A stretch of 64,000 nucleotides of DNA from Scyliorhinus canicula (Eukaryota). Positions 48,765-61,031 of the stretch are shown one piece after another. The notes under the pieces were generated by a model, which saw only the letters and a list, made by a program, of their open reading frames with translations, ran no database searches and was not told where the DNA came from. The position numbers and the translations under genes were made by a program. Every line of letters begins with the position of its first letter. Positions within the stretch are counted from its first letter, which is position 1. The DNA lies in NCBI RefSeq assembly GCF_902713615.1, contig NC_052165.1, positions 17,178,522 through 17,242,521 of the forward strand, in the 5' to 3' direction.

Positions 48765-50728
48765 CTAGAACATAGAAAAATACAGCACAGAACAGGCCTT
48801 TCGGCCCATGATGTTGTGCCGAACTTTTGTCCTAGATGAAGCACAAATTAATCTACACTCCATAATTCTCCCGTAATCCATGTACCTATCCAATAGCCGC
48901 TTGCAGGTCCCTAATGATTCCGACACAACTACTTCCACAGGTAGTGCATTCCATGCCCCCACTATTCTCTGGGTAAAGAACCTACTTCTGACATCCCCCC
49001 CCCCCCCCCCCCAATATCTTCCACCATTCACCTTAAATTTATGTCCTCTTGTAATGGTTTACTCCACCTGGGGAAAAAGTCTCTGTCTATCTATTCCCCT
49101 GATCATCTTATAAACCTCTTATCAAGTCGTCCCTCATCCTTCTACATTCTAATGAGAAAAGGCACCCTCAACCTTTCCTCGTAAGACCTACTCTCCATTC
49201 CAGGCAACATCCTGGTAAATCTCCTTTGCACCTTTTCCAAAGCTTCCATATCCTTCCTAAAATGAGGCGACCAGAACTGCACACAGTACTCCAAATGTGG
49301 CCGTACCAAGGTTTTGTACAGCTGCATCACCTCACGGCTTTTAAATTCAATGCCTCTGCTAATGAACGCTAGCACACCACAGGCCTTCTTCACAGCTCTA
49401 TCCATTTGAGTGGCAACTTTCAAAGACATATGAACATAGACCCCAAGATCTCTCTGCTCCACGTTGCCAAGAACCCTACCGTTAACCCTGTATTCTGCCT
49501 TCATATTTGTCCTTCCAAAATGGACAACCTCACAATTTTCAGGGTTAAACTCCATCTGCCAATTCTCAGCCCAGCTCTGCATCCTATCTATGTCTCTTTG
49601 CAGCTGACAACAGCCCTCCTCACTATTCAGAACTGCACCAATCTTTGTATCATCTCCAAATTTACTGACCCATCCTGCAACTCCCTTATCCAAGTCATTA
49701 ATGAAAATCACAAACAGCAGAGGACCCAGAACTGATCTCTGCGATAAGCCACTGGTAACTGGGCTCCAGGCTGAATATTTGCCATCCACCACCACTCTCT
49801 GACTTCTATCGGTTAGCCAGTTCGTTATCCAACTGGCCAAATTTCCCTCTATCCCATGCCTCCTTACTTTCTGCATAAGCCTACCATGGGGAACCTTATC
49901 AAATGCCTTACTAAAATCCATGTTCAGCACATCCACTGCTTTACCTTCATCCACGTGCTTGGTCACCTCCTCAAAGAATTCAATAAGACTTGTGAGGAAA
50001 GACCTACCCCTCACAAATCCGTGCTGACTATCCCATATCAAGCAGTGTCTTTCCAGATGCTCAGAAATCCTATCCCTCAGTACCCTTTCCATTACTTTGC
50101 CTACCACTGAAGTAAGGCTAACTGGCCTGTAATTTCCAGTGTTATCCCTATTCCCTTTTTTGAACAGGGGCACGACATTCGCCACTCTCCAATCCCCTGG
50201 TACAACCCCTGTTGACAGTGAGGACGAAAAGATCATTGCCAACAGCTCTGCAATTTCATCTCTTGCTTCCCATAGAATCCTTGGATATATCCCGTCAGGC
50301 CCGGGGGACTTGTCTATCCTCAAGTTTTTCAAAATGCCCAACACATCTTTCTTCCTAACAAGTATCTCCTCGAGCTTACCAGTCTGATCACACTGTCCTC
50401 TCCAACAATGTGGCCTCTCTCATCCGTAAATACTGAAGAAAAATACTTGTTCAAGACCTCTCCTATCTCTTCTGACTCAATACACCATCTCCCGCTACTG
50501 TCCTTGATGGGACCCACCCTCGCTCTAGTCATTCTCATATTTCTCACATATGTGTAAAAAGCCTTGGGGTTTTCCTTGATTCTACCCGCCGAAGATTTTT
50601 CATGCCCTCTCTTAGCTCTCCTAATCCCTTTCTTCAGTTCCCTCCTGGCTATCTTGTATCCCTCAAGCAACCTGTCTGAACTTTGTTTCCTCAGCCTTAA
50701 ATAAGTATCCTTCTTCCTCTTAACAAGA
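48765..50728 (-). mobile_element. 5'-truncated CR1-clade LINE
   Basis: ORFs 50329-50670, 49142-50344 (KSPGPDG, FGDDTK, RPHLEYC) and 48765-49031; tail TTCTATGTTCTAG. Confidence 0.9.
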
Positions 50729-51489
50729 CTCTGCCACCCTCAATGGAATTGCCCCAACCTTTCCACTGAACTTGTCCTGTCTGAAATTTTATGCGTGTCT
50801 ATTTAAATATCCTGAGGGTGATATTATGATATAACATTTAGCTTCATGCAATGGGAGCACCAAATGGAATATCAGATTTTTGTTCCCCCAGTGTTTGGGG
50901 AAGAAATGCAGCAGCTGCACTCATCTTTTCACCTCGATAGTGTATAGTGATGCATATGCCAAACCATCTTGCTGCCTCATGACAGAACCAATATTAAATT
51001 GCAAATATACAGATTCCCAATTTCTTATTTTATCTATATACAAAATACTCTATACAAATTATATTGAATACAAAGATCTCCAAAGTTTTATTCTACTTCG
51101 ATTGGGTAAAGTACTAGAAACTATTAAAAAAAACTTGTCTTCTTGCAGTACTGGCATGATGCCTAGAATTCACAAAGTACCCTTTGATCTCAGTATCAGA
51201 AGTAGTTTCAATTATTTCTATTTACCTATTTAGAGCAGTGGAAGAAGCCAGTCCATGAATTGAATATCCTAATTATGCTGAAGTTACCCAAGAGCAGCAC
51301 AGGACATCAATTTTACATACAGTAATAAAATAAACAAGTGTTTGGTTCCCAAGTGGGTAAATATGTTGTGTGACGTGGAATTGAGCCATACAGATGCAAC
51401 AGAGAGATCCAAAGTTAAATCCATGATTTTGTTGTGCTCATTTATGGATAGTAAATGAGCATACAAGTGAATGGGCAACTTTATAAGTT

Positions 51490-53060
51490 CAGAGGAAGCT
51501 GGCAAAATTCAGCAGGTCTGCCAGCATTTATCAGGAGAGAAAGCAAGTTAACATTTCAAGTCATGGACCCTTTGTCGAAACAATGGAGGGAGAATTTTAT
51601 AGTAAAAGAAACTGCAACAAAAAAATAGCAATGACAGGTGGAGAAGGGGTGTTTTGCTTTGAGGCAATATGTGGATGGAATATTATTTAAAAGAGGAAAG
51701 GTGAAGAAAGGGGGGTTTAATATGGAGGAGAACGGTCAAAATCTAAAGTTGCTGAACTCAATGTTGGGCCGCGAGGGGTTCGATATGTCCAACTGGGAGA
51801 TGAGATGCTGCTGTTCCAGCATGGGAGCATCACAGTAGGTCAAGGACAGCGAGCACCCCCTGCGCGTGCTGCTGATTGGGAGCGCCTCAGTAAGGTGCTG
51901 AGTTAAAATGGCACACACCTCCCGCCAATGGGGATCCTCGACAGAATAGTCTCTAGGAGGGAAGAAGGGGAGGGCAGAGTCTCGGGTATATATAAGGTGC
52001 TCATGAGGGAGGACGGGTCCCAGACAGAGGAACTGAAACTTAAATGGGAGGAGGAGCTAGGCGCGGAAATGGAGGATGGGCTGTGGGCAGAGGCCCGGAG
52101 TAGGGTAAATTCGACCGAGACATGTGCTAGGCTCGGGCTGATCCAATTTAAGGTCGTTCACCGGGCCCATATGACGGTGGCTCGGATGAGCAAATTTTTC
52201 GGGATAGAGGACAAATGCGCTAGGTGCGCGGGAGGACCAGCGAACCATGTTCACATGTTTTGGGCATGCCCTAAGCTGAGGGGGTACTGGGAGGGATTTG
52301 CGGGGGTCATGTCCCAGGTGCTAAAAACAAGGGTGGTGATGAGTCCAGGGGTGGCAATTTTTGGGATTTCGGAAGACCCGGGCGTCCAGGGGGAGAAAGA
52401 AGCCGATGTGTTGGCCTTTGCTTCCCTGATAGCCCGGCGACGAATATTATTGGCGTGGAGGGACTCAAAGCCCCCGAAGACTGAGTGGTGGCTTGCGGAC
52501 ATGTCGAGTTTCCTGGGGATGGAAAAAATTAAGTTCGCCTTGAGGGGATCTGTGCAGGGGTTCACCCGGAGGTGGCAACCATTTATTGACTTCTTTGCGG
52601 GAGAGTGAGCGTCAGCAGGGGGGCGGGGGGGGGGGGTTAGAGTAGAGTAGGAGGGAAAATATGGCGGGTAGTACCGGTGGGAGGGGAGCGGGCTTGTTCA
52701 ATATGTTACGATGGAAGTATTGAAAGTACGTGGATGTTTGCACATTTTTGCCTTTTTTGCTTTCTTTCTGATGATGCCTGTAACTGTTTATAAAGCTAAA
52801 AACTACCTCAATAAAATAGTTTATTAAAAAAAAGGCACACACCAGGAATGTTGGAGTCATCCTTGCGAACTGAGTGACGGTGTTCTGCAAAGCGGTCGCC
52901 CAGTCTGCTTTTAATCTCCCCTTATGTAGAAGAGACTGCATTGGCAGCAGCGAATACAATAGACTGAATTGAAAGAAGTGCAAGTGAAATGCTGCTTCAC
53001 CCGAGAATCATATTTGGAGACTTGAGGGTGGAGATAAAGGGACAGGTTGTACACCTTATT
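51490..53060 (-). mobile_element. Decayed Penelope-like element (GIY-YIG endonuclease remnant), interrupted by an L1
   Basis: Minus-strand FTCTSFNSVYCIRCCQCSLFYI resembles the PLE GIY-YIG motif; terminal-repeat-like sequence near 51500-51580. Confidence 0.6.
51920..52833 (+). mobile_element. 5'-truncated L1/Tx1-like LINE
   Basis: ORF 51928-52608 is nearly identical to 25841-26671; AATAAA plus poly(A); TSD GGCACACACC at 51910-51919 and 52834-52843. Confidence 0.9.
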
Positions 53061-53537
53061 CGATTGCAAGGAAATAATAATCTTTATTAGTGTCACAAGT
53101 AGGCTGACTGTGAAAATCCCCTAGGGGCTGGTTTAGCACACTGGGCTAAATAACTGGCTTTTAAAGCAGGCCAGCAGCACGCTTCAATTCCCGTACCAGT
53201 CTCCCTGAATAGGCACTGGAATGTGGCGACTAGGGGCTTTTCACAGTAACTTCATTTGAAGCCTACTTGTGACAATAAGTGATTTTCATTTCATTGCCAC
53301 AGTATAGCGCTTGTTCGGGTACACCTAATAAGCGCATCCTTTGGGACCTGTGAGGAAACCCATGCATGATATGGAGATAGAACATAGAACATAGAACAGT
53401 ACAGCACAGAACAGGCCCTTCGGCCCTCAATGTTGTGCCGAGCCATGATCACCCTACTCAAACCCACGTATCCACCCTATACCCGTAACCCAACAACCCC
53501 CCTCCCTCCCTCCCTCCCTCCCTCCCTCCCTCCCTCC

Positions 53538-53814
53538 TGGACTGGGGCGAGCACAGTGAGAAGTCTGACAACACCAGGTTAAAGTCCAACAGGTTTGTTT
53601 CAAACACTAGCTTTCGGAGCACTGCTCCTTCCTCAGGTGAATTACCTGTTGGACTTTAACCTGGTGTTGCAAGAATTCTCACTGTGCTCAGCCCGGTCCA
53701 ACGCTGGCATCTCCACATCATGCCTACCATCGACACCGCAAACTGCCAGCTCAAAGTGGAGAGGATCTCCAGGAAGATCACGTATGTAGACACTGACATT
53801 AAGTTTCTACAAAG
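53538..53814. mobile_element. Penelope-like inverted terminal-repeat pair plus a short ORF-start remnant
   Basis: 57-bp inverted arms at 53538-53594 and 53644-53700; same repeat family as 16284 and 57804. Confidence 0.7.
53605..53639 (-). ncRNA. Minimal type I hammerhead ribozyme motif, intact core
   Basis: Minus strand: CAC-CUGAGGA-A-GGAGC-AGU-GCUCC-GAAA-GC-UA/GUG. Stem I CAC/GUG, 5-bp stem II, palindromic AGCU stem III. Confidence 0.65.
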
Positions 53815-53959
53815 AAACCCACGCAGACAGGGGGAGAACGTGCAGACTCCGCACAGACAGTGACAGTGACCCAAGCCAGGAATCGAACCTGGGACCCTGG
53901 AGCTGAGACGTACCAGTGCTAACCACTGTGCCAAAGCTGCGAGAGAGAAAAAAATCAAG

Positions 53960-54670
53960 AAATCTGCGCCGTCAGGAGGCGACCCATCCATCTTCGGAGC
54001 GGGGAATCGAACCCCCCACTCTGCTGGAAACATTCCGGCCGCCGTGCGGGCTCTGCTGCCTCCGAACCTGGAGCACCCCCTCCCCCGCGCGCGCGCTGCT
54101 GACCGGGAGCGCCTCTGGCGGCGCGCGCACCACGGCATGTCCGGCCGGGGGGCGCGCTCCAGCGGGAAGCCCGGGGGGGGGGGGGGGGGCGCGCGCGCTC
54201 CAGCGGGAGGCCGGGGGGAGAGCGGGCGCGCGCTCCAGCGGGAGGCCGGGGGAGAGCGGGCGCGCGCTCCAGCGGGAGGCCGGGGAGGAGAGCGGGCGCG
54301 CGCTCCAGCGGGAGACCGGGCGCGCGCTCCAGCGGGAGGCCGGGGGGCGCGCTCCAGCGGGCGGGGGGGGGGGGGGGGGGGGGGGCGGGGGGGGCGCGCT
54401 CCAGCGGGAGGGGGGGGGGGCGGGCGCGCGCGCTCCAGAGAGCGGGCGCGCGCTCCAGCGGGAGGCCGGGGGAGAGCGGGCGCGCGCTCCAGCGGGAGGC
54501 CGGGGGAGAGCGGGCGCGCGCTCCAGCGGGAGGCCGGGGGAGAGCGGGCGCGCGCTCCAGCGGGAGGCCGGGGGGAGAGCGGGCGCGCGCTCCAGCGGGA
54601 GGCCGGGGCGAGCGGGCGGCGCTGAGGTGAAGGCGGTGGGAGGGAGCCGGAGCCGGCGGCGGCGGTGAGT
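53960..54670 (+). promoter_or_regulatory. CpG island with putative non-coding first exon of an unidentified gene
   Basis: Very CpG-dense; GGAGCCGGAGCCGGCGGCGGCG|GTGAGT donor at 54665; no downstream coding exon recognised in the window. Confidence 0.55.
54148..54610 (+). repeat. About 34-bp CpG-rich minisatellite in the third CpG island
   Basis: Core GGGCGCGCGCTCCAGCGGGAGGCCGGGG, about 13 copies. Confidence 0.9.
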
Positions 54671-54824
54671 AGAAGCGCCTGGCCTTTGCGAGGTGGAGTC
54701 ATTGGGTGGAGCGCACGGGGACACGGAGGGATGTCAGCTTTGAGGAAAAGGGGTCCCCCCCCCCCGAATCTGATGGAAGTTTGGAGAGTCTTTGTCGGAA
54801 AGTTTCTCTTCGGTGCTGCACTCG

Positions 54825-56096
54825 GAGGGAGATGCCCGAGGGAGAGGGAGGGAGATGCCCGAGGGAGAGGGAGGGAGATGCCCGAGGGAGAGGGAGGGAG
54901 ATGCCCGAGGGAGAGGGAGGGAGATGCCCGAGGGAGAGGGAGGGAGATGCCCGAGGGAGAGGGAGGGAGATGCCCGAGGGAGAGGGAGGGAGATGCCCGA
55001 GGGAGAGGGAGGGAGATGCCCGAGGGAGAGGGAGGGAGATGCCCGAGGGAGAGGGAGGGAGATGCCTGAGGGAGAGGGAGGGAGATGCCCGAGGGAGAGG
55101 GAGGGAGATGCCCGAGGGAGAGGGAGGGAGATGCCCGAGGGAGAGGGAGGGAGATGCCCGAGGGAGAGGGAGGGAGATGCCCGAGGGAGAGGGAGGGAGA
55201 TGCCCGAGGGAGAGGGAGGGAGATGCCCGAGGGAGAGGGAGGGAGATGCCCGAGGGAGAGGGAGGGAGATGCCCGAGGGAGAGGGAGGGAGATGCCCGAG
55301 GGAGAGGGAGGGAGATGCCCGAGGGAGAGGGAGGGAGATGCCCGAGGGAGAGGGAGGGAGATGCCCGAGGGAGAGGGAGGGAGATGCCCGAGGGAGAGGG
55401 AGGGAGATGCCCGAGGGAGAGGGAGGGAGATGCCCGAGGGAGAGGGAGGGAGATGCCCGAGGGAGAGGGAGGGAGATGCCCGAGGGAGAGGGAGGGAGAT
55501 GCCCGAGGGAGAGGGAGGGAGATGCCCGAGGGAGAGGGAGGGAGATGCCCGAGGGAGGGGGAGGGAGATGCCCGAGGGAGGGGGAGGGAGATGCCCGAGG
55601 GAGGGGGAGGGAGATGCCCGAGGGAGGGGGAGGGAGATGCCCGAGGGAGGGGGAGGGAGATGCCGGAGGGAGGGGGAGGGAGATGCCGGAGGGAGGGGGA
55701 GGGAGATGCCGGAGGGAGGGGGAGGGAGATGCGGAGGGAGGGGGAGGGAGATGCCGGAGGGAGGGGGAGGGAGATGCCGGAGGGAGGGGGAGGGAGATGC
55801 CGGAGGGAGAGGGAGGGAGATGCCGGAGGGAGAGGGAGGGAGATGCCTGAGGGAGGGAGATGCCTGAGGGAGGGAGATGCCTGAGGGAGGGAGATGCCTG
55901 AGGGAGGGAGATGCCTGAGGGAGGGAGATGCCTGAGGGAGGGAGATGCCTGAGGGAGAGGGAGGGAGATGCCTGAGCGAGAGGGAGGGTGATGCCTGAGG
56001 GAGAGGGAGGGAGATGCCTGAGGGAGAGGGAGGGAGATGCCTGAGGGAGAGGGAGGGAGATGCCTGAGGGAGGGAGATGCCTGAGGGAGGGAGATG
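54825..56096 (+). repeat. 23-bp purine-rich minisatellite
   Basis: Unit GATGCCCGAGGGAGAGGGAGGGA, over 50 copies with positional variants. Confidence 0.95.
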
Positions 56097-56871
56097 TCTG
56101 TTGACAGCCGCGGTAACCGGGATGGAGGGCAGTCAGTTCCCCTCCTCCGGCTCTGGCTGCTTTGACAGGCCGGCCCCAAGGTTTTGGACCTAATTTCCCT
56201 CAGCCTTTGATGTACTTGGGCTGTTGGCGACCACCTTCCCTCCCCCCAAAAAAACATCGCCATACAATTTTTCAGCGTTTGCAAATTGTATTTTAATAGC
56301 CGTGCTGGTTTGCTCACTGAATTGCCTGGTTTGACATCGAGCAGCAACGTGGAGATCTGTTTATAAATAGAACAGAGCTTCAGTAAGTTTCAGACGCTGA
56401 GCCAAGGATCGATGTCCTGTTGCTCACTTTCAACTGGTGCTGGCTCCAGCAATGGTGGGAGTAATTTGATGGCTCGTTTAATGTTTGCCAGTTTTGCGTT
56501 TTCACGTTCTGTTATGTGCCGTTTGGTAACGTTCATTGCTCCTGTAAATGTTTTGATATCCTTCAAATAAACGTCTGTTGAATATTTGTCGAAGGAATTA
56601 GTGCCGGTCATGCTGTTTGATGATGCCTTCGTTGTGTTGCAAGAGTTTGCTACGTATCACAAAATTCCCAAAGGCTGAAGCAGATTTTAGTTTGCATGTG
56701 GATTTTTGATACTTCCCTTCCTATCCTGTAGCACTCTACAACTGTCATCCCACTTGTGATTGTGTTCTACAAACCGAGAATGTGAAATGTTTAATTTAGA
56801 GCAGGGGTTATTAACCCCTTCCGGTTGATAAATTGGCCAGTTCTTCCTGAGATGCCAGCCTAGTGATTATC

Positions 56872-57208
56872 AAGAATTTACAGTGCAGAAGGAGGCCACT
56901 CGGCTCATCGAGTCTGCACCGGCTCTTGGAAAGAGCACCCTACCCGAGGTCAACACCTCCACCCTATCCCAGTAACCCCACCCAACACTAAGGGCAATTT
57001 TGGACACTAAGGGCAATTTATCATGGCCAATCCACCTAACCTGCACATCTTTGGACTGTGGGAGGAAACCGGAGCACCCGGAGGAAACCCACGCACACAC
57101 GGGGAGGACGTGCAGACTCCGCACAGACAGTGGCCCAAGCCGGAATCGAACCTGGGACCCTGGAACTGTGAAGCAATTGTGCTATCCACAATGCTGCCAT
57201 GCTGCCCA
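56872..57208 (-). mobile_element. V-SINE, long-tail type
   Basis: Nearly identical to 5686-6006 in the opposite orientation. Confidence 0.85.
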
Positions 57209-57803
57209 CTGGATGCACATTGGATGCAATAACTTCAAATAGATAATAGCAACCACATAATCTCTCATTTTCTTTTTTAAAAAAATTTAGAGTACCCAAT
57301 TCATTTTTTTCCAATTAAGGGGCAATTTACTGTGTTCAATCCACCTACGCTGCACATCTTTTGGGTTGTGGGGGCAAAACCCACGCAAACACGGGGAGAA
57401 TGTGCAAACTCCACACGGACAATGATAATCTTTCATTTTCAATGGGCAATGAAAAAAGGGTGTGCTTACCATATATTTCTTGCGCCCTGTACTCTACAGA
57501 ATAATGTCTTGATGCATCCATTTTAATAAGAGGAGATGAGTCTTCCCGTCTCTACATTGCTCAAAATGTTGAAATACTGAATCATACAATTCCAAGTTCA
57601 ATCCTGGTCGACATTGAATTAACTAACCTCAACAGGGGTGACAGCTGGGGTTAGTTGCTACTGGCTTCAGCAACCATCAGCTGGGAAAGGGGAAGAAAAA
57701 GCAATTCAACCAAGAATTTTTGCTTTTGATAGCTTTACTGTAATCTCTGCTGTAAATTGCGTGTACATAAGTAGTTGTGGTGCCCTCAATTGTCAAAAAT
57801 GTT

Positions 57804-58015
57804 CAGTAAGAAGTCTGACAACACCAGGTTAAAATCCAACAGGTTTGTTTCGAATCAGTAGCTTTTGGAGCACTGCTCCTTCCTCAGACATTCACCTGAG
57901 GAAGGAGCAGTACTCCAAAAGCTAGTGATTCGAAGCAAACCTGTTGGACTTTAACCTGGTGTTGTCAGACTTCTTACTGTGCTCACCCCAGTCCAATGCT
58001 GTCATCTCCACATCA
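57804..58015. mobile_element. Penelope-like palindrome with two mutated hammerhead motifs
   Basis: 84-bp arms at 57804-57887 and 57896-57979 with an 8-bp spacer. Confidence 0.75.
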
Positions 58016-60817
58016 TCACCACAAATGTTGCTAGCAAAATACTCTGGGTGCTGGAAATCTGGAATTAAAACAGAAAGTGTTAACTTTCATCACGTAGATT
58101 TTCATGTGCAGAGTGTCCATAAATATTAGGGTAATTTAAGGGTGAAAAGTTTAGGATTATTTTGTGTTTGACTGCAGTGGTCATGTATTTAAAAAGGATT
58201 TTGTTTTGCAGGGCCTGCAAGCTTTTTGGAGTCAGAAGGTGAAATTGACCAGAGGAATGTGGTTTTCAGTTTGGCCTAATGTACTGTGGTTTGACTGGGG
58301 GAAGTCGTGGGGCGTTAGCGTGCTATCACCCTGAAGAGTTAAGTTGTTTTGCAGCTTGGGGAGATGAGGTCATTGCTGGGTGAAGCCAAGGGATGCAGAG
58401 AAACATTTTGGAAAAGCTTTGGAGAGGAGTTAAAGTCTGATCTGTCTGACACTGGGTCCACAATTGTCTCACAGTAGGATAGTTACAAACAGAGACATAT
58501 TTAAAGCAGAGCAGTCTTGTCTGAGGACAAAGAAAAAGCTACTGTACCATGCCAGGTGAACCAGCTTTCTGAAGATATTCAGCCAGAGTCAGAAGGGGTT
58601 CTAACAGGAGCCAAATCTTTTGTACAGAAAGTATTATTCTATGCCATGCTGATTTTAAGGTAGATTGAGAGCTGTGTTTCTTTTTTTTGTTGTTTGGTAA
58701 TTGAGTAGTAGTGTTTAAGGGGTAATTGTAAGCTGTTCTTTTTGGGTGTGAAGTTAGAGTTTAATATTGTATTCATAATAAAGTTTTGTTTTTAAAAAAT
58801 CCAACTCTATTTCTTCATGCAATCACTCCTGGAGTAGACCATTCTTTCTGCAGTCTTACAAATAAACTAAAATATTGAGGTTTCGGTCCAGTATCCTAGC
58901 CACTCTTGGCATCTCACCTGGGATCATAATACTTCTAAATTCATAAAGACAGTTGTACTTCAAATGGAAATTATATATTGGGAGATAACCAGTGGATTCA
59001 GCCATGCGGGTAAATGAACATCTTTCTGTTTCCAAAAATAATGTTCTTAGATTTCTTACGGATTAATTGAAATAAACTCCGAGGACTCTGGCCTGTTTTC
59101 AAGTGAATAAGTATCTAGTGTATTAATTTAAAAATGGTCTGACTTACATGGCACAAATGAACAACACCTCTCAGTAAGTTAACAAGGACCTGATATCAGC
59201 AATCCTGATGTGCCGCAAGCATATTATAGGTAGTATTTGAGGTTTGAGTTGAAACACGTTGTGGTATCATTATGGGAGCATTAATGCTTGCTCTAACTAA
59301 TAATTACAGCTCTGTACAGATTCTTTTGACAGGCTTTGGAATTCCAAAATAAGCTTGTTTGATTTGTATACTCTTTGCTCAATCAGGTCAATCTTCACTA
59401 GTTTCAGAATGACTTGAATAGTGCAGGTGTGAGCATCTTTTCAAAAGTTTAGTGCCAGCAAAATAAGTTGGATACTGACAGTCATATTTTTAATATAAAG
59501 CTAAAAATACACGTGTATGGTATAGTAATAAGTCACTGCTACTTTAGTGTCCTGTTAATAGGATTTCTCAAATTTATGGAATCCCTATAATTAAATGTTT
59601 CAATCTTGCTTTTTGTTATTCATAACAATGTCAGGAAGTTATTTAACCTGTATAATATTTTGAGTCTACAGCACATTATGAGGTAGCTGTATATTTTACC
59701 TTTTTCGGGTATATGATGTGTATAAGACGTCAGTGTTTTATAATTTACAAAATTTACAAAAAATAATCAAATTATTATCTTCTATGTTAAGATTCAGAAA
59801 ATGTTCCTTCTGGAGATTCTTTGAATTGTAATAAGGAACGCAACAAAATGCTGACCTTTTAAGTTAAAACCAAACCTGTCTTTTGCTGATATGCTAATCA
59901 TTAATTGTACCCCATCTCACCTGCCTCTGTCTTGTCCTAAACCACACTGTTGTGCAACCTTGGTACCTTATTTGATCCTGACCAAAGCTTCTGACCCCAT
60001 ATATAAAAACTGCCTACTTTTCCATTTGTAATATCACCTGTCTCTGCTCATGCCTCAATTCTTCTGCTGCCGCGATGGCGTAGTGGTTGGCACTGCTGCC
60101 TCACAGCACCGAGGACCTGGCAGTGATCCCGGCACTGGGTCACTGTCCGTGTGAAGTTTGCACATTCTTCCATGTCTGCGTGGGTCTCATCCCCACAACC
60201 CAAAAGATGTGCAGGGTAAGTGGATTGGCCACGCTAAATTGCCTCTTAATTGGAAAAAAAATAGAATAAGGTACTCTAAGGTTTTGACATCTGCTGTCAA
60301 AACTCTCATTGTGTCTTTGTCATCTGCAACTTAATTAGTCCAGTGCTCTCCTGGTCAGCCTTCTATCCTCTGTAAATCTCATCCTTTCTTAAACTGTGCT
60401 GCCTGTATCCCATCCCTCAGCCAATTCTGATCAGCCTTCACTCCTGTGCTGGTTTGGCTTCCAGTTTCCTCACTTAAAATTCTTAGTCTCATGTCCAAGT
60501 GTCTTCTTGACCACCCCCAACTCCATTTCCATCTCTGTAACTCTTACAACCCTTAACGGTATCTTGTGCTTCTTGTGCATTCCTCCCACCTCACGCACAC
60601 CTAAGTGATGAGTGAATGAATGCATGTTCTCTCGTGTTTCCCTATGCCTTCACAGCAGCCAATTCATTCTCATGCTTCTAAGGCAATATTATAGCATTTA
60701 TGTGGTGGATCATTTAGCTGCTGCAAAACTATTGTCAATGTCTCACACTGCTCAGGGTCTGTACACTCTCCCTTTAAAACAGCTACCATGCTGCAACAAC
60801 TTAAAAAGCTCACCTAA

Positions 60818-61031
60818 GGGGCAGCATGGTAGCACAGTGGTTAGCACTACAGCATCACGGCGATGAGGTCCCAGGTTCGATCCTGGCTCTGGGTCACTGT
60901 CCGTGTGGACTTTGCACATTCTCCCCGTGTTTGCGTGGGTTTCGCCCCCACAACCCAAAGATGTGCAGTGTAGGTGGATTGCCCCAAAATTGGAAAAAAA
61001 TAATTGGGTACTCTAAATTTAAAAAAAAAAT
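60818..61031 (+). mobile_element. V-SINE
   Basis: Family consensus. Further copies lie near 43585, 45135, 47731, 48011, 57272 and 60071. Confidence 0.8.

Noticed and set aside
53656-56347. ORFs of 250-537 aa with repeating peptides
   Set aside because: Translations of the 34-bp and 23-bp minisatellites; no domain or coding signal.
58090-58931. Possible old LTR, or a small exon (cag|...|gtgaaa near 58212-58238) of the third gene
   Set aside because: Termini and TSD could not be defined and there is no recognisable peptide.
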